From a virus (Duplodnaviria; Caudoviricetes): a stretch of DNA of 64,000 nucleotides. Below are positions 7,915-18,439 of the stretch, one piece after another. The DNA is taken from positions 12,591 to 76,590 of IMG/VR virus record IMGVR_UViG_3300037400_004297. One strand, given 5' to 3'. Each line of letters begins with the position of its first letter. The first letter of the stretch is position 1. The position numbers and the translations under genes were made by a program. The notes under the pieces are model-generated. The model ran no database searches. It was given only the letters and a program-made list of their open reading frames with translations, and was not told where the DNA came from.

Positions 7915-9929
7915 TGGAAAAGAAGATAAATTATTTAAGTAGAAGTTTTGCTGATATTAAAAATGAACTTGTGAAGTTCAGTAATCAGTATTATCCAGAG
8001 CTTGCTGATGATTTTGAGGATTCAAGTATTGGTGCTTGGTTTATCGACCTTGTATCTGCTGTTGGTGATGACCTTAGTTATCACACTGACAGGATGTATC
8101 AGGAAACCAACATGAATAGTGCAAATTTGAAAAGCACTTTACTTAATCTTGCAAGAACTAATGGGCTGAAAATACCAGGACCAAAATGTTCAATCTGTGA
8201 GGTTGAGCTTAGTTGTGTTTTACCACCTTCTGCTGGAGAAAATATCGGGCAACCAAACTGGAATTATGCACCAATAGTTAAGAGAACTAGCTTATTTTCT
8301 GCTGGAAATAGCTTTTTTGAACTTAGCGAGGATGTAAATTTTGCTGAACAGTTCAACAGTGATGGGTTTTCAAACAGGAAAATAACGCCTTCACGTGATA
8401 ATAACGGTAATGTTACTGGATATACTGTTGCCAAGTCAACAATAGCCATCAATGGTACTACAAAGGTTTACAAAAAGGTTCTTTCTGCCAGTGATATTAA
8501 ACCATTTATGGAAGTTGTCCTTCCAGAAAATAATATTACAAATATAGAATCAATTATTTTCAAAGAGACTAGTGATATTTCTAAGTCTCCAGACACTTAT
8601 GAATACTATATTGATGCAGAAGAGTATAGATTGTCATCTGGTGCTGTAATGACATACAGATATTTTGAAGTTGATTCACTTGCAGACCAATATAGATTTG
8701 GAATGGTGTCAAGCGAAAATATCGGTGATGATAAAGTTTTGAAAAACATATACAAACCACATGTTTATGAGGACTATACAGAGTTTACAGCAAATGGCGC
8801 TCAGAAGGCAACAAGATATTATCGTGGTGAGTGGAAATCATTGACTCAAAAATTTATTACAGAATATACTGATAATGGTTATCTCAAAATAATCTTTGGG
8901 GGTAGTAATGGGTATGCTGTAAAGCCAGAGAATGCAACAACATATGGAGACTATATTGCTTCAAATATCATAAACAATGATATGCTTGGAGTGCTGCCTA
9001 AAGAAGGGTGGAGTATGTTTGTTTTGTATCGTGTTGGTGGTGGTGTATCAACCAATATTGGTCCTGGGTCAATAACAACCATAAACAGCGCTCAAGTTGA
9101 CTGGGGTGGTCAGACAGGTAATACCAATGGTACTCAGAGAGGACAGGTAATATCATCTTTAGAAATTACTAACTTATCAACAGCGCTTGCTGGTAAGGAT
9201 GCACCATCAAATGAGGAAATAAAATATCTTGTGAAATACAACACTTCAGCACAGAATAGAGCTGTAACTGTTAAAGATTACAAGACAAAACTTATGCAGA
9301 TGCCTCCTAAGTTTGGTGCTCCATTTAGGAACACTGTAATTGAAACAAATAACAAGATTGAAATGAGTTTCCTTGGTCTTGATGCAAACGGACAACTTGA
9401 TTCTGCGCTTCCTCAGACACTTGTTGAGAACGTTATAGAGTATATGTCCAGCTACAAGCAGATAAACGATTATATAGAGATTAAAAGCGGTAGAATCTAC
9501 AATATTGGGTTTGAAGTAGACTTGTTCGTTTCCAAGAACTATAACACTCCAGACGTTATATCAAATGTTATTGAGGTGATTAAGCAATATTTTGCTGTTG
9601 AAAATCATGATATGGGTGATGATATATTCCTTGGAGACTTGGAGAAAGAGATTTCACTTGTTGACGGTGTTATCAGTCTTATCAATTTGAGGGTATTTAA
9701 GATATGGAATAATGGGTACAGTCCTGATAAATGCCCATTGCCTACTTATGTTGAAGGAAGCGTCTGTGATGTTGGTACAAATAATTCAACATATACTATA
9801 GATGGCGTTAGTAATATTGAACAAATAGATATTGAACAAACAGACCATGTTTTATATGGAGATTATAATTCGATGTATGAAATAAAATTTCCTGCCACAG
9901 ATATTCAATGCCGTGTAAAATTGCGATAG
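7914..9929 (+). CDS. Baseplate wedge protein, T4 gp6 / baseplate J-like
   Basis: YLSRSFADIKNEL, DDLSYHTDRMYQE, YRVGGGVSTNI, AQNRAVTVKDY; follows gp25. Confidence 0.8.
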   Translation: MEKKINYLSRSFADIKNELVKFSNQYYPELADDFEDSSIGAWFIDLVSAVGDDLSYHTDRMYQETNMNSANLKSTLLNLARTNGLKIPGPKCSICEVELSCVLPPSAGENIGQPNWNYAPIVKRTSLFSAGNSFFELSEDVNFAEQFNSDGFSNRKITPSRDNNGNVTGYTVAKSTIAINGTTKVYKKVLSASDIKPFMEVVLPENNITNIESIIFKETSDISKSPDTYEYYIDAEEYRLSSGAVMTYRYFEVDSLADQYRFGMVSSENIGDDKVLKNIYKPHVYEDYTEFTANGAQKATRYYRGEWKSLTQKFITEYTDNGYLKIIFGGSNGYAVKPENATTYGDYIASNIINNDMLGVLPKEGWSMFVLYRVGGGVSTNIGPGSITTINSAQVDWGGQTGNTNGTQRGQVISSLEITNLSTALAGKDAPSNEEIKYLVKYNTSAQNRAVTVKDYKTKLMQMPPKFGAPFRNTVIETNNKIEMSFLGLDANGQLDSALPQTLVENVIEYMSSYKQINDYIEIKSGRIYNIGFEVDLFVSKNYNTPDVISNVIEVIKQYFAVENHDMGDDIFLGDLEKEISLVDGVISLINLRVFKIWNNGYSPDKCPLPTYVEGSVCDVGTNNSTYTIDGVSNIEQIDIEQTDHVLYGDYNSMYEIKFPATDIQCRVKLR

Positions 9930-9993
9930 TGCTGCTTCCATTTAAGGGTTTATTTTTTCTTACATTATGCTATTTATTTATAAAAATAGTTAT

Positions 9994-11100
9994 ATGAAAA
10001 AGAAAACAAAAGAATCGTTTATTGAGGAATCAAAGTTTGTACACGGTGATAAATATGATTATTCTAAGGTAGAATATGTAAATGCAAGGACAAAAGTATG
10101 TATAATATGTCCTGAACATGGCGAATTTTGGCAAAGACCTGCTGACCATGTTAGGGGAATAGGGTGTCCAAAATGTAAGGTAGATAAAATAACATCAGCC
10201 AGGAGATTATCAACAAATGAGTTTATTGAAAAATCTAAAAATATTCATGGTAATAAGTATGACTATTCTAAGGTAGAATATGTAAATGCAAAAACTAAAG
10301 TATGCATAATATGTCCAGAACATGGAGAATTCTGGCAAACTCCTAGTCACCACCTACTAGGACAAGGATGTATTAAATGTAAACTTGACCGCCCAAGTCC
10401 AAATAGACTTACAACAGAGGAGTTTATAAGTAAAGCTAAACAAGTACATGGAGATAAATATGATTATTCAAAAGTAAATTATTTAGGAAACAAAACAAAA
10501 GTATGTATAATATGTCCTGAACATGGAGAATTTTGGCAGACACCAAATTCACATCTTGGTGGTGAGGGGTGCTACAAATGTAGAGTAAAAATATATGATA
10601 AAAATAGCTTTATTATAGAGGCAGAAAAAAATCATGGTAATAAATATGATTATTCTAAGGTTGAATACGTTAATTCAATAACAAAAGTATGCATCATATG
10701 TCCAAAACATGGAGAATTTTGGCAGACACCATCTAGTCATATTAATCAAAAATGTGGATGCCCAATTTGTAATCAAAGCCATCTTGAAGAAGAAACAAGA
10801 ATGTATATGGAAAATAATAAAATAAAATTTGAACAGCAGAAAATGTTTAACTGGCTTGGTATGATGAGATTGGATTTTTATTTGCCAGAGTTAAAACAAG
10901 TAATAGAGTGCCAAGGTATACAACATTTCGAGCCTACAGATTTTGGTAGAATGGGGTCTGAACATGCTAGAAAAGTTTTTACAGATATTGTTAGAAGGGA
11001 TAAATTAAAAAAGAAACTATGTGAAGAACATGGTCTAACAGTTTCATATGTAAATTATAATCAAGATGTTTTGGAACAACTTAAAAAAATAGTAAGATAA
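9994..11100 (+). mobile_element. Free-standing homing-endonuclease-like gene: four Zn-binding repeats plus C-terminal PD-(D/E)XK/Vsr-like nuclease
   Basis: 4x HG(D/N)KYDYSKV.Y....KVCIICP.HGEFWQ.P..H....GC..C; RLDFYLPELKQVIECQGIQHF; sits inside the structural operon. Confidence 0.7.
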
Positions 11101-11117
11101 TATAAAAAAAAATTGTT

Positions 11118-11354
11118 ATGGGTTGTAATTGTAAAAGGTTATCGAAATTTCAAGACAAATATGGTCAAAAAGAAAAGGAATCTATTTTGACTAAAGGATA
11201 TAGATACACAATGAAACTTATGATGTTTCCTATAGTGTTATGCATAGGAATAATTGTAGTTCCGTTTGTTTTGATTTATTTGATTTGTAAATTATTCTTC
11301 GGTGATAAGAATAAACCATTTGTTTTGCCTGATTTTTCAAAGTTCTATAAATAA
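11118..11354 (+). CDS. Small membrane protein (MGCNCK N-terminus)
   Basis: Single long hydrophobic segment, operon spacing. Confidence 0.65.
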   Translation: MGCNCKRLSKFQDKYGQKEKESILTKGYRYTMKLMMFPIVLCIGIIVVPFVLIYLICKLFFGDKNKPFVLPDFSKFYK

Positions 11355-11356
11355 GT

Positions 11357-14300
11357 ATGGAAAAAAATTTTAGAATACACACTAATATAATAAGTGATAC
11401 TTTCCTTAATGTTAATATGCAACAGGATTTCGATTTTCTGGAAATCTTGTCATTGAAATTAAGACAAAAAGATGCTTATAGACTTCACTCTTCTAACTAT
11501 GGCGTTGTAGTTGGAAGGGTTCTTGCTAATGATGCGTTTGGTATCCCAAATGCAAAGGTATCTGTGTTTATAGAAAGAGACACTAATGATGACAGCACAT
11601 TAAGGAACATATATCCATACAGTGAAACTATGTCTAAGGATAGCTCTGGAAGAAGATATAATCTTTTGCCAGACTATAGTGATGATGATTGTTATAGAGT
11701 GGTTGGAACTTTCCCAAGAAAAAGATATTTGCTTGATGATGATGTACAACTAGAAGTATACGAGAAATATTGGAAATATACAACAGTAACCAACCACGCT
11801 GGAGACTATATGTTATTTGGCGTTCCAAGTGGAGGTCACCAGATTCATGTAGATATTGACCTTTCTGATATAGGTATTTTGTCTCAGAAACCTCATGATT
11901 TTATATTTAAGGGGCATAACATAGAGGAATTTGATAGTGCAAGTCAGTTTAAAGAAAGTGCTAATTTAGATAGTCTTGTACAGATAATATCACAAAACAA
12001 AGCAACAAACGTATATCCTTTTTGGGGTGATGCTGAAAATGGTATTGCTGCTATAACAAGGTGTGACATACAGGTTAACTATAAATTTGAACCAACTTGT
12101 GTGTTTATGGGCGCTATTGTGTCAGATAACGAGGGTAACTCAATAGGTCATAAATGTGCCCCAGAAGAAGATAACGGCATGAACTCACAGTTGGTTGCTG
12201 GTGAGGGAACTATCGAAATGATTAGGAAAACCAAGGATGGACTAGTTGAAGAGTTTCCAATCAAAGGAAATGCCCTTATCGATGGTGATGGTGTGTGGTG
12301 CTATCAGATTCCTATGAACCTTGATTATGTTGGTACTGATGAATATGGTAACGTTGTTCCTACAGATAACCCACAAAAGGGACTTCCAACACGAACCCAA
12401 GTAAGATTTAGATTCAGTAAGAGAGAAACTGGTAAAGAGGGTGTTTCAACGCATACCGCTAAATACCTTGTTCCAATGAACCCTATACTAGATGAAACAA
12501 GTGTAGTTCCAAAAACTGAGGTAAGTACAGGTGTTGAAATGGAAAAAATGTACAATTTCGGTTCAAATACACCTCAGAGCTGTTTCCGTGACCTTTACTG
12601 GAATAATGTGTATAGTGTAAAGAATTATATACCAAAAGTACAAGTTGCTCATAGAGCTTATGCGCCTAACTATGGAGCATTGAAAGGCTCAAATTTGGTT
12701 GATAACCAAAACTCAATTCCTTTTAATAAACTTCGTATTGATTTACCTTTTGTGTATATGATTGTTTGTATCATATATACAATGATTGTATGGATTGTTA
12801 CAATTATTAATGCAATAATTTGTATTGTTAATATAGTACTTGGATTTTTTGCTGCACTTAAAAGTATTTGTTTACCTTGGCCACTCAGTATATGTCCTTT
12901 CGAGTGGTTCTTAGGATGGATTCCAGACTACATTGGTTGTATTCCTCTTTCTGCTGGAGTAAGTGAAGGTAACATAGCATATTACCCAGGATGCTGGTGT
13001 GGTGATTATGGTGGCTGTCCTGAAGATATGGAAGGAAAATGCGAACCTTCAAAGGACTCTGATGAATTGATGGATAAAATCCAGCGCAACCTTGCTCTTG
13101 ATTTTAAGATAATAAAGCTTGATTTCTACCAGGATTGGCTTAATGGAACTCTTTATATGCCACTTTGGTATTGGAGAAAGAGAAAAAAGAAGACCTTCCT
13201 ATTTGGGCTTTTCTCAAGTAGCGCTAAAAATGAGTTTTGTAGTTGTAATAAGACATATAGTAGACTGAAAACATATGTCACTTGTAGCATGTCTTATTCA
13301 AATAACAGCCTTCGCTTTGAAGACACCGATGGTGATGAAGATGAAGAGAGGTGGCATAAGAAGAGAAGAAGTAGTGTAAGATATAATAACGGACTTATTA
13401 AACCAGTTGAAAATAAGGACGGTCTTACAGCTTATTATTATGTTGCATACCAGCCAACTACTGATGACCCAATATCTGCGCCAATAGAACAGAGGAAAGA
13501 ACGTTTCCAGATTGCTGTTTTATATGCTACTGATATAATTCTTCTTGGTAATCTCAATGAAGATAACCTTTATGGTATACCACAGTTTTTCAAGGCTCTT
13601 CCTTCAACAACAGCAAATGTACCACCTATTGCGACAATAGCAGAGTCTACATCAGATAGTGACTCTGATGACATGGCAAATGATGACTCAATTAACAATG
13701 CTAGTGATGTTGGTACAACTATTACAACTGGTATGGACTGGAATAACGACGGAGACGAGGATACTCCAGCATATCAAAAAGGGCTATTCATAGACCTTGG
13801 GTGTACATGGGCAGCAACAAGACCTAAATCTTGCGTTAATGTTGAAAGAATAAGTGAATTTGGTATGAATCCAGACATGACATACAGTGTAGCATACTCT
13901 AATGGGGTTAATGATGTGTCATATGGTGTTATGTCAAATGATGGTTTTATCACCAAGCTTGAGCTTGATGATATGGATAACCGTGCAACTTTTGCTACAC
14001 TTAACCACATTGGCTTTATACCACAGGATTACCAGGATTCAATAAATAGTTATACAACTCAGGTTCAGGATGAGACTACAGGATATCTAGTGCCTAAATT
14101 CAAGTATATTTATCCTGTTGACCTTGATGGTAGGTCAAATAGAATTATGGAAAGATATAAAGGTTCTTTCGGTCAGGCTATGTATGATGAAGCTGACGAA
14201 GCATATATATCATTCAGACTTGGTGCTGAAAAACTTGATAAAGATAAAAACCTTGAGGGTAGGATAAGGCACTTCTATCATAGTGGCAGTAATTATTATG

Positions 14301-17300
14301 AAATGCCTCTATATAATAATTCGTTCTACTTCTATTTTGGTGTGAACAATGGAAAAACTGCAATAGATAAATTTAATTCTTTGTTCTATGCTCCTTGTTT
14401 CCAGAATAGTAAAGCTCCATTCTCATTCAACTTAGATTATGCTGGAAAAGCATATTGTGATGACCCTTATAAAAAAAGTAATCCTACTGAAGCATCTGAA
14501 GCATCTAAAGCTTACAATGGACATGCATATATAAGGTTCACATCAGAAGATATTATAACACCGTTTAGTTATAAACTGTACGACGAAAGTGACAATATTG
14601 TGATAGAAGAAGATGATATGTACGATACTGATTTTGTTATTGGTGGTGTGATAACGTCTGATGGCATAGAAATGAATGACATAATTGGTAAAGTTAAATA
14701 TCACACAGAGCCTTTTGCTAGTACTAACAATAGATATGGAGAAAATGGTCTTACCAATCAAAAATACACGCTAGAAATAATTGATGCTAACGGTAAAAAA
14801 ATAACTGAAAGGGTAGAATTAAAAGTATCTAAAATAAGCGCTAACTGTAGGACTGTTGGGCTTGGGGCAAAATTTTATGATGACACTACAACAAGAATTG
14901 ATTACATTTGTAATGATGAAAATGAGTTCTATGGAATGCTTAAGATTTCATCATTTAATGTTGATGGCTCTTTATATTATATAACAGCAGCAACTGGATA
15001 TGATTATGATAGAGACGGAGATGAAGACGAGTATAATGGAAATACAGGAGAGTATTTGGTGGTAGTAAGCGGTGAAAATGTGAAAATAACCGCAACAGAT
15101 AGTGAGGTAGTTAGAAGAGCCGATGCTGTAATAAGAGTTTCTAGTACTTCTGTTGATAGTGAAGGTAAGAAACTCACTCAGGATTGTATGTGCGATTCAG
15201 ATAATAAGTCATCTTCTGGCCAAACAATTACAATCGCAGACGGAGGGGAAGGTCCAGTAACTTATGTTTTTACTGGAAGAAGTGATATCGCAGCATTGAC
15301 CAACCCACTTGGTGATTATCGTGAATATGCTAATCAAAAAGAGGTTTCATTCTTTGTATATCAGCCAAGCTCTTTCGTTGTATCTATAACACAGTTATGT
15401 ACAGAAGATGGACACCAAAAGGAAGTTGAAGATAACACTTCTTCTGAGATTGTTTCAATCAGTAATGGAAACAACTTCAACTTGTACCTTAATACCATGC
15501 CAGTTAAATTCATGATTGGAACACTTAGTGATAGTCCTGATGCTACTATTGGAAATAATAGCCTTTTCTATCGCTCATCACTTGTTACAAATCCAAAAGG
15601 GGATGGATTGTCTGGATGGTATGGAGTTCATCAGGAAGATTCTTATAGGTGGGATTTAGTACTGAAAGCAAATGAAAGAATATGGGGTGATTTTGTTAAA
15701 ATTAATGGTAGTATAACTAACCACAATACAAAGGGAGAGATACTTGAATATAAATTTAATAAAATGTTCTCATTGGCTAAAGGCGCTTATATAACAGGAA
15801 GTTCATCAAGATATTCATTATCAATAACTGGTTCACAAGGTCTCACACTTTGGAGAGCTGTTCTTCCTGATTATACTAAAGCAACTAATGGTAAAATAAA
15901 TCTTTACAAGCTAACAGAAGCTAGTCAAGCATCATGCCCAGCACAATACCCGATGATTGTAGGAAAGAATTATCTTGGTATTACTGGTGATGGTCCACAA
16001 TTCAATACTGTTGGGTATGAAAGCCAAGATGGATTTGCCACTGGTTTTTACTTTGCAGCTTTCACTAAAAATGGAGGATATACATCAGACACTAAGACTA
16101 GTAGTTATATAAAAATAATGAGAGCGCCTAGCTATGCTAAGGTAACACCTTGGAATCAGGCTGGAGAAAAACGCATAGGTAAAGACGATAAAGCCTATGA
16201 CCCTGAATGGGTTGAGAGATACAAACCAGCGCACACGAATTACTCATCATATCTTCCATATCTTAGGGCAATGACAGTTGACAGAAGGATTGACTTCGAT
16301 TTAGTTCTCTTCACACCAACTTCAAACTCTATTAATTTGTATAAGAAAATTGATGGTGTTAAAATAGACGAAAGAACTGGTGAAGAAATACCAGTAAAAA
16401 TAGATGATGGAAGAGAATACATGTGGAGATGTGGCCGTATAAAAGGAACTGTATATGGTGGTGTAGAGATGTCATATGATGCGGATTATAATATTATTTC
16501 TGCCAAGACTGAAGTTAATATTAGTACTGAGACTGCAACTGCTACACGTAATAACCGTCTAGAGTATTCATATGAATTTAATGACATGGATAGAGATGCT
16601 AAGACATACTATAATATTCCTACTGAAACAATTTGGGAAGAGGATGCGTATGGTACGCAGAAATATGTTAAGGACGAGACAGAAGGAAGCCCTACATATG
16701 GACAGATGATACCAGTGGTTGATGACAACGGAAACCCTGTATATGAAGATGGAAAAGAGCCTAAACCTGGACAAATATTGAAGAGATTCTATGAAGCTAC
16801 GTTTGCTGGTAAAGACATAAGAAATTATTTCTGGTCTACATTTAATAAAGAAAGGCTTACAAAAGAAGCTGATAACGAAAAAACCAATAAAATTGATTCA
16901 CCAGATGAAAAACTTGATAGATACATATACAAATACCCATCTGGATGCACTATGTATAACGGAGACTTCAATAGGGATAGTGTTGTAGTTAACAATAACT
17001 ATCCTACAGCCAGATACATAGACATTGGTAGAATAATGCCATCATACGACTATGGATTATATATCCAATCATGCTGTTATGGAATAAAAGCAAACTACAA
17101 TGAAGATAAAACAATAACAGCAGAAACAACTGGTGGTGATAGCATTGAATTTGAAATGGTACAGAGTTCACCAATATCCTTTGCTGGCAATAATACAAAT
17201 GCAGATTCAATTGCCACTTTTTTACTAGGGGATATTATGGGGTGTAATGGCTTCTATAGTAGAAGCGGTAATACAGATGGGTATGCTTTATTTAAGTGTA

Positions 17301-18421
17301 ACACTATATCATTATCATTTAAAATTAAACAACCGTTAACCAATCGTTTCAAATCTTATACGCCAGTTCCAAGATTAATAAAAGTTCTTCCATATCCTGT
17401 GGATGGATATGATGGTATAAGTTATGTAAAAACATTTGCACCAAGTGATAGTACAGATGATGTTCCATGCAAGACTGATAATATTTATACTGGAGCAATA
17501 GATAGAGTTAAAATTTTTGATTTTAATGACCACATGAACGTTAGAAATGAACTTAGTTTCATTGACTTAATGTTTGGACATAATTGTTTCATACAAGTAC
17601 CAGATGGAATTTGGTACACATGGGCACCTGAAATTAATGGAAGAGAACGAACTGGTAATTTCTTCTATAAAGATGGGAGTGGAGAACTAATTACTACTGA
17701 TAGCAATGAGTTTCAGGCTATAACCTATAATATTGTAGGACTTGGGGCTAAAAATGGTCTAGATGGACTAAAGATGTTCACAATTCTTGTAGAAAGAATA
17801 TATAAGAGTACAGACGAAGATGGATTAGAAAAAGATTTGCATGCTTTTGAATTTGGTGATTTATATGACATTAGAGATATCTATCTAAAAGTTACAGTTG
17901 ATAATGACGGAGATTGGAATTATATAATCAAGAAAACAGAAACAACTGATGAGGGTGAAACTACTGTTATTAAGTATATACAAACAATTTCGTTTGACCT
18001 TTATTTTCCACCTGAAGAAGACCCTAATGATAGAGCCTGTGAAAATATAGGTGTAAAAAATGTGTTAAATAAGCTTGTAGAATATTCAGTTGTTTTCATC
18101 GACCCTAATGATGATAGTAAAATTTATGAAGCAACTACAAGTGCTTGTGCTATTAATCCTGAAACTAATCAATGCGAATATGATGTGAGTGGTACTTCTG
18201 CTGTAGTTGTGAGAGTAAAAGCTGATTGTCCTGAAGAAATGAAATATCTTGGTAGTGATGAATGGATGGATAATAGAAGGTGCTACATTAAAGTTAGAAC
18301 TAGTTCTGGCTTTACATATAAAACAGCCACATTTAAATTATACATGATTAATAATCAAGTACTCCCTGAAGATGAAGGAGGTAAAAAAGTTACCAAAGCC
18401 CAAATAGAAGGCTTACAATAA
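11357..18421 (+). CDS. Very large putative baseplate/tail structural protein (2354 aa)
   Basis: Uninterrupted 7-kb ORF in the baseplate operon; no catalytic motif recognised. Confidence 0.65.
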   Translation: MEKNFRIHTNIISDTFLNVNMQQDFDFLEILSLKLRQKDAYRLHSSNYGVVVGRVLANDAFGIPNAKVSVFIERDTNDDSTLRNIYPYSETMSKDSSGRRYNLLPDYSDDDCYRVVGTFPRKRYLLDDDVQLEVYEKYWKYTTVTNHAGDYMLFGVPSGGHQIHVDIDLSDIGILSQKPHDFIFKGHNIEEFDSASQFKESANLDSLVQIISQNKATNVYPFWGDAENGIAAITRCDIQVNYKFEPTCVFMGAIVSDNEGNSIGHKCAPEEDNGMNSQLVAGEGTIEMIRKTKDGLVEEFPIKGNALIDGDGVWCYQIPMNLDYVGTDEYGNVVPTDNPQKGLPTRTQVRFRFSKRETGKEGVSTHTAKYLVPMNPILDETSVVPKTEVSTGVEMEKMYNFGSNTPQSCFRDLYWNNVYSVKNYIPKVQVAHRAYAPNYGALKGSNLVDNQNSIPFNKLRIDLPFVYMIVCIIYTMIVWIVTIINAIICIVNIVLGFFAALKSICLPWPLSICPFEWFLGWIPDYIGCIPLSAGVSEGNIAYYPGCWCGDYGGCPEDMEGKCEPSKDSDELMDKIQRNLALDFKIIKLDFYQDWLNGTLYMPLWYWRKRKKKTFLFGLFSSSAKNEFCSCNKTYSRLKTYVTCSMSYSNNSLRFEDTDGDEDEERWHKKRRSSVRYNNGLIKPVENKDGLTAYYYVAYQPTTDDPISAPIEQRKERFQIAVLYATDIILLGNLNEDNLYGIPQFFKALPSTTANVPPIATIAESTSDSDSDDMANDDSINNASDVGTTITTGMDWNNDGDEDTPAYQKGLFIDLGCTWAATRPKSCVNVERISEFGMNPDMTYSVAYSNGVNDVSYGVMSNDGFITKLELDDMDNRATFATLNHIGFIPQDYQDSINSYTTQVQDETTGYLVPKFKYIYPVDLDGRSNRIMERYKGSFGQAMYDEADEAYISFRLGAEKLDKDKNLEGRIRHFYHSGSNYYEMPLYNNSFYFYFGVNNGKTAIDKFNSLFYAPCFQNSKAPFSFNLDYAGKAYCDDPYKKSNPTEASEASKAYNGHAYIRFTSEDIITPFSYKLYDESDNIVIEEDDMYDTDFVIGGVITSDGIEMNDIIGKVKYHTEPFASTNNRYGENGLTNQKYTLEIIDANGKKITERVELKVSKISANCRTVGLGAKFYDDTTTRIDYICNDENEFYGMLKISSFNVDGSLYYITAATGYDYDRDGDEDEYNGNTGEYLVVVSGENVKITATDSEVVRRADAVIRVSSTSVDSEGKKLTQDCMCDSDNKSSSGQTITIADGGEGPVTYVFTGRSDIAALTNPLGDYREYANQKEVSFFVYQPSSFVVSITQLCTEDGHQKEVEDNTSSEIVSISNGNNFNLYLNTMPVKFMIGTLSDSPDATIGNNSLFYRSSLVTNPKGDGLSGWYGVHQEDSYRWDLVLKANERIWGDFVKINGSITNHNTKGEILEYKFNKMFSLAKGAYITGSSSRYSLSITGSQGLTLWRAVLPDYTKATNGKINLYKLTEASQASCPAQYPMIVGKNYLGITGDGPQFNTVGYESQDGFATGFYFAAFTKNGGYTSDTKTSSYIKIMRAPSYAKVTPWNQAGEKRIGKDDKAYDPEWVERYKPAHTNYSSYLPYLRAMTVDRRIDFDLVLFTPTSNSINLYKKIDGVKIDERTGEEIPVKIDDGREYMWRCGRIKGTVYGGVEMSYDADYNIISAKTEVNISTETATATRNNRLEYSYEFNDMDRDAKTYYNIPTETIWEEDAYGTQKYVKDETEGSPTYGQMIPVVDDNGNPVYEDGKEPKPGQILKRFYEATFAGKDIRNYFWSTFNKERLTKEADNEKTNKIDSPDEKLDRYIYKYPSGCTMYNGDFNRDSVVVNNNYPTARYIDIGRIMPSYDYGLYIQSCCYGIKANYNEDKTITAETTGGDSIEFEMVQSSPISFAGNNTNADSIATFLLGDIMGCNGFYSRSGNTDGYALFKCNTISLSFKIKQPLTNRFKSYTPVPRLIKVLPYPVDGYDGISYVKTFAPSDSTDDVPCKTDNIYTGAIDRVKIFDFNDHMNVRNELSFIDLMFGHNCFIQVPDGIWYTWAPEINGRERTGNFFYKDGSGELITTDSNEFQAITYNIVGLGAKNGLDGLKMFTILVERIYKSTDEDGLEKDLHAFEFGDLYDIRDIYLKVTVDNDGDWNYIIKKTETTDEGETTVIKYIQTISFDLYFPPEEDPNDRACENIGVKNVLNKLVEYSVVFIDPNDDSKIYEATTSACAINPETNQCEYDVSGTSAVVVRVKADCPEEMKYLGSDEWMDNRRCYIKVRTSSGFTYKTATFKLYMINNQVLPEDEGGKKVTKAQIEGLQ

Positions 18422-18439
18422 ACAAATAAAATTAAAAAA

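Noticed and set aside
10030-10770. Diversity-generating retroelement template/variable repeat pair or intron
   Set aside because: The repeats are in-frame protein-domain repeats with mismatches at all bases, not adenine-specific, and no reverse transcriptase is in the window
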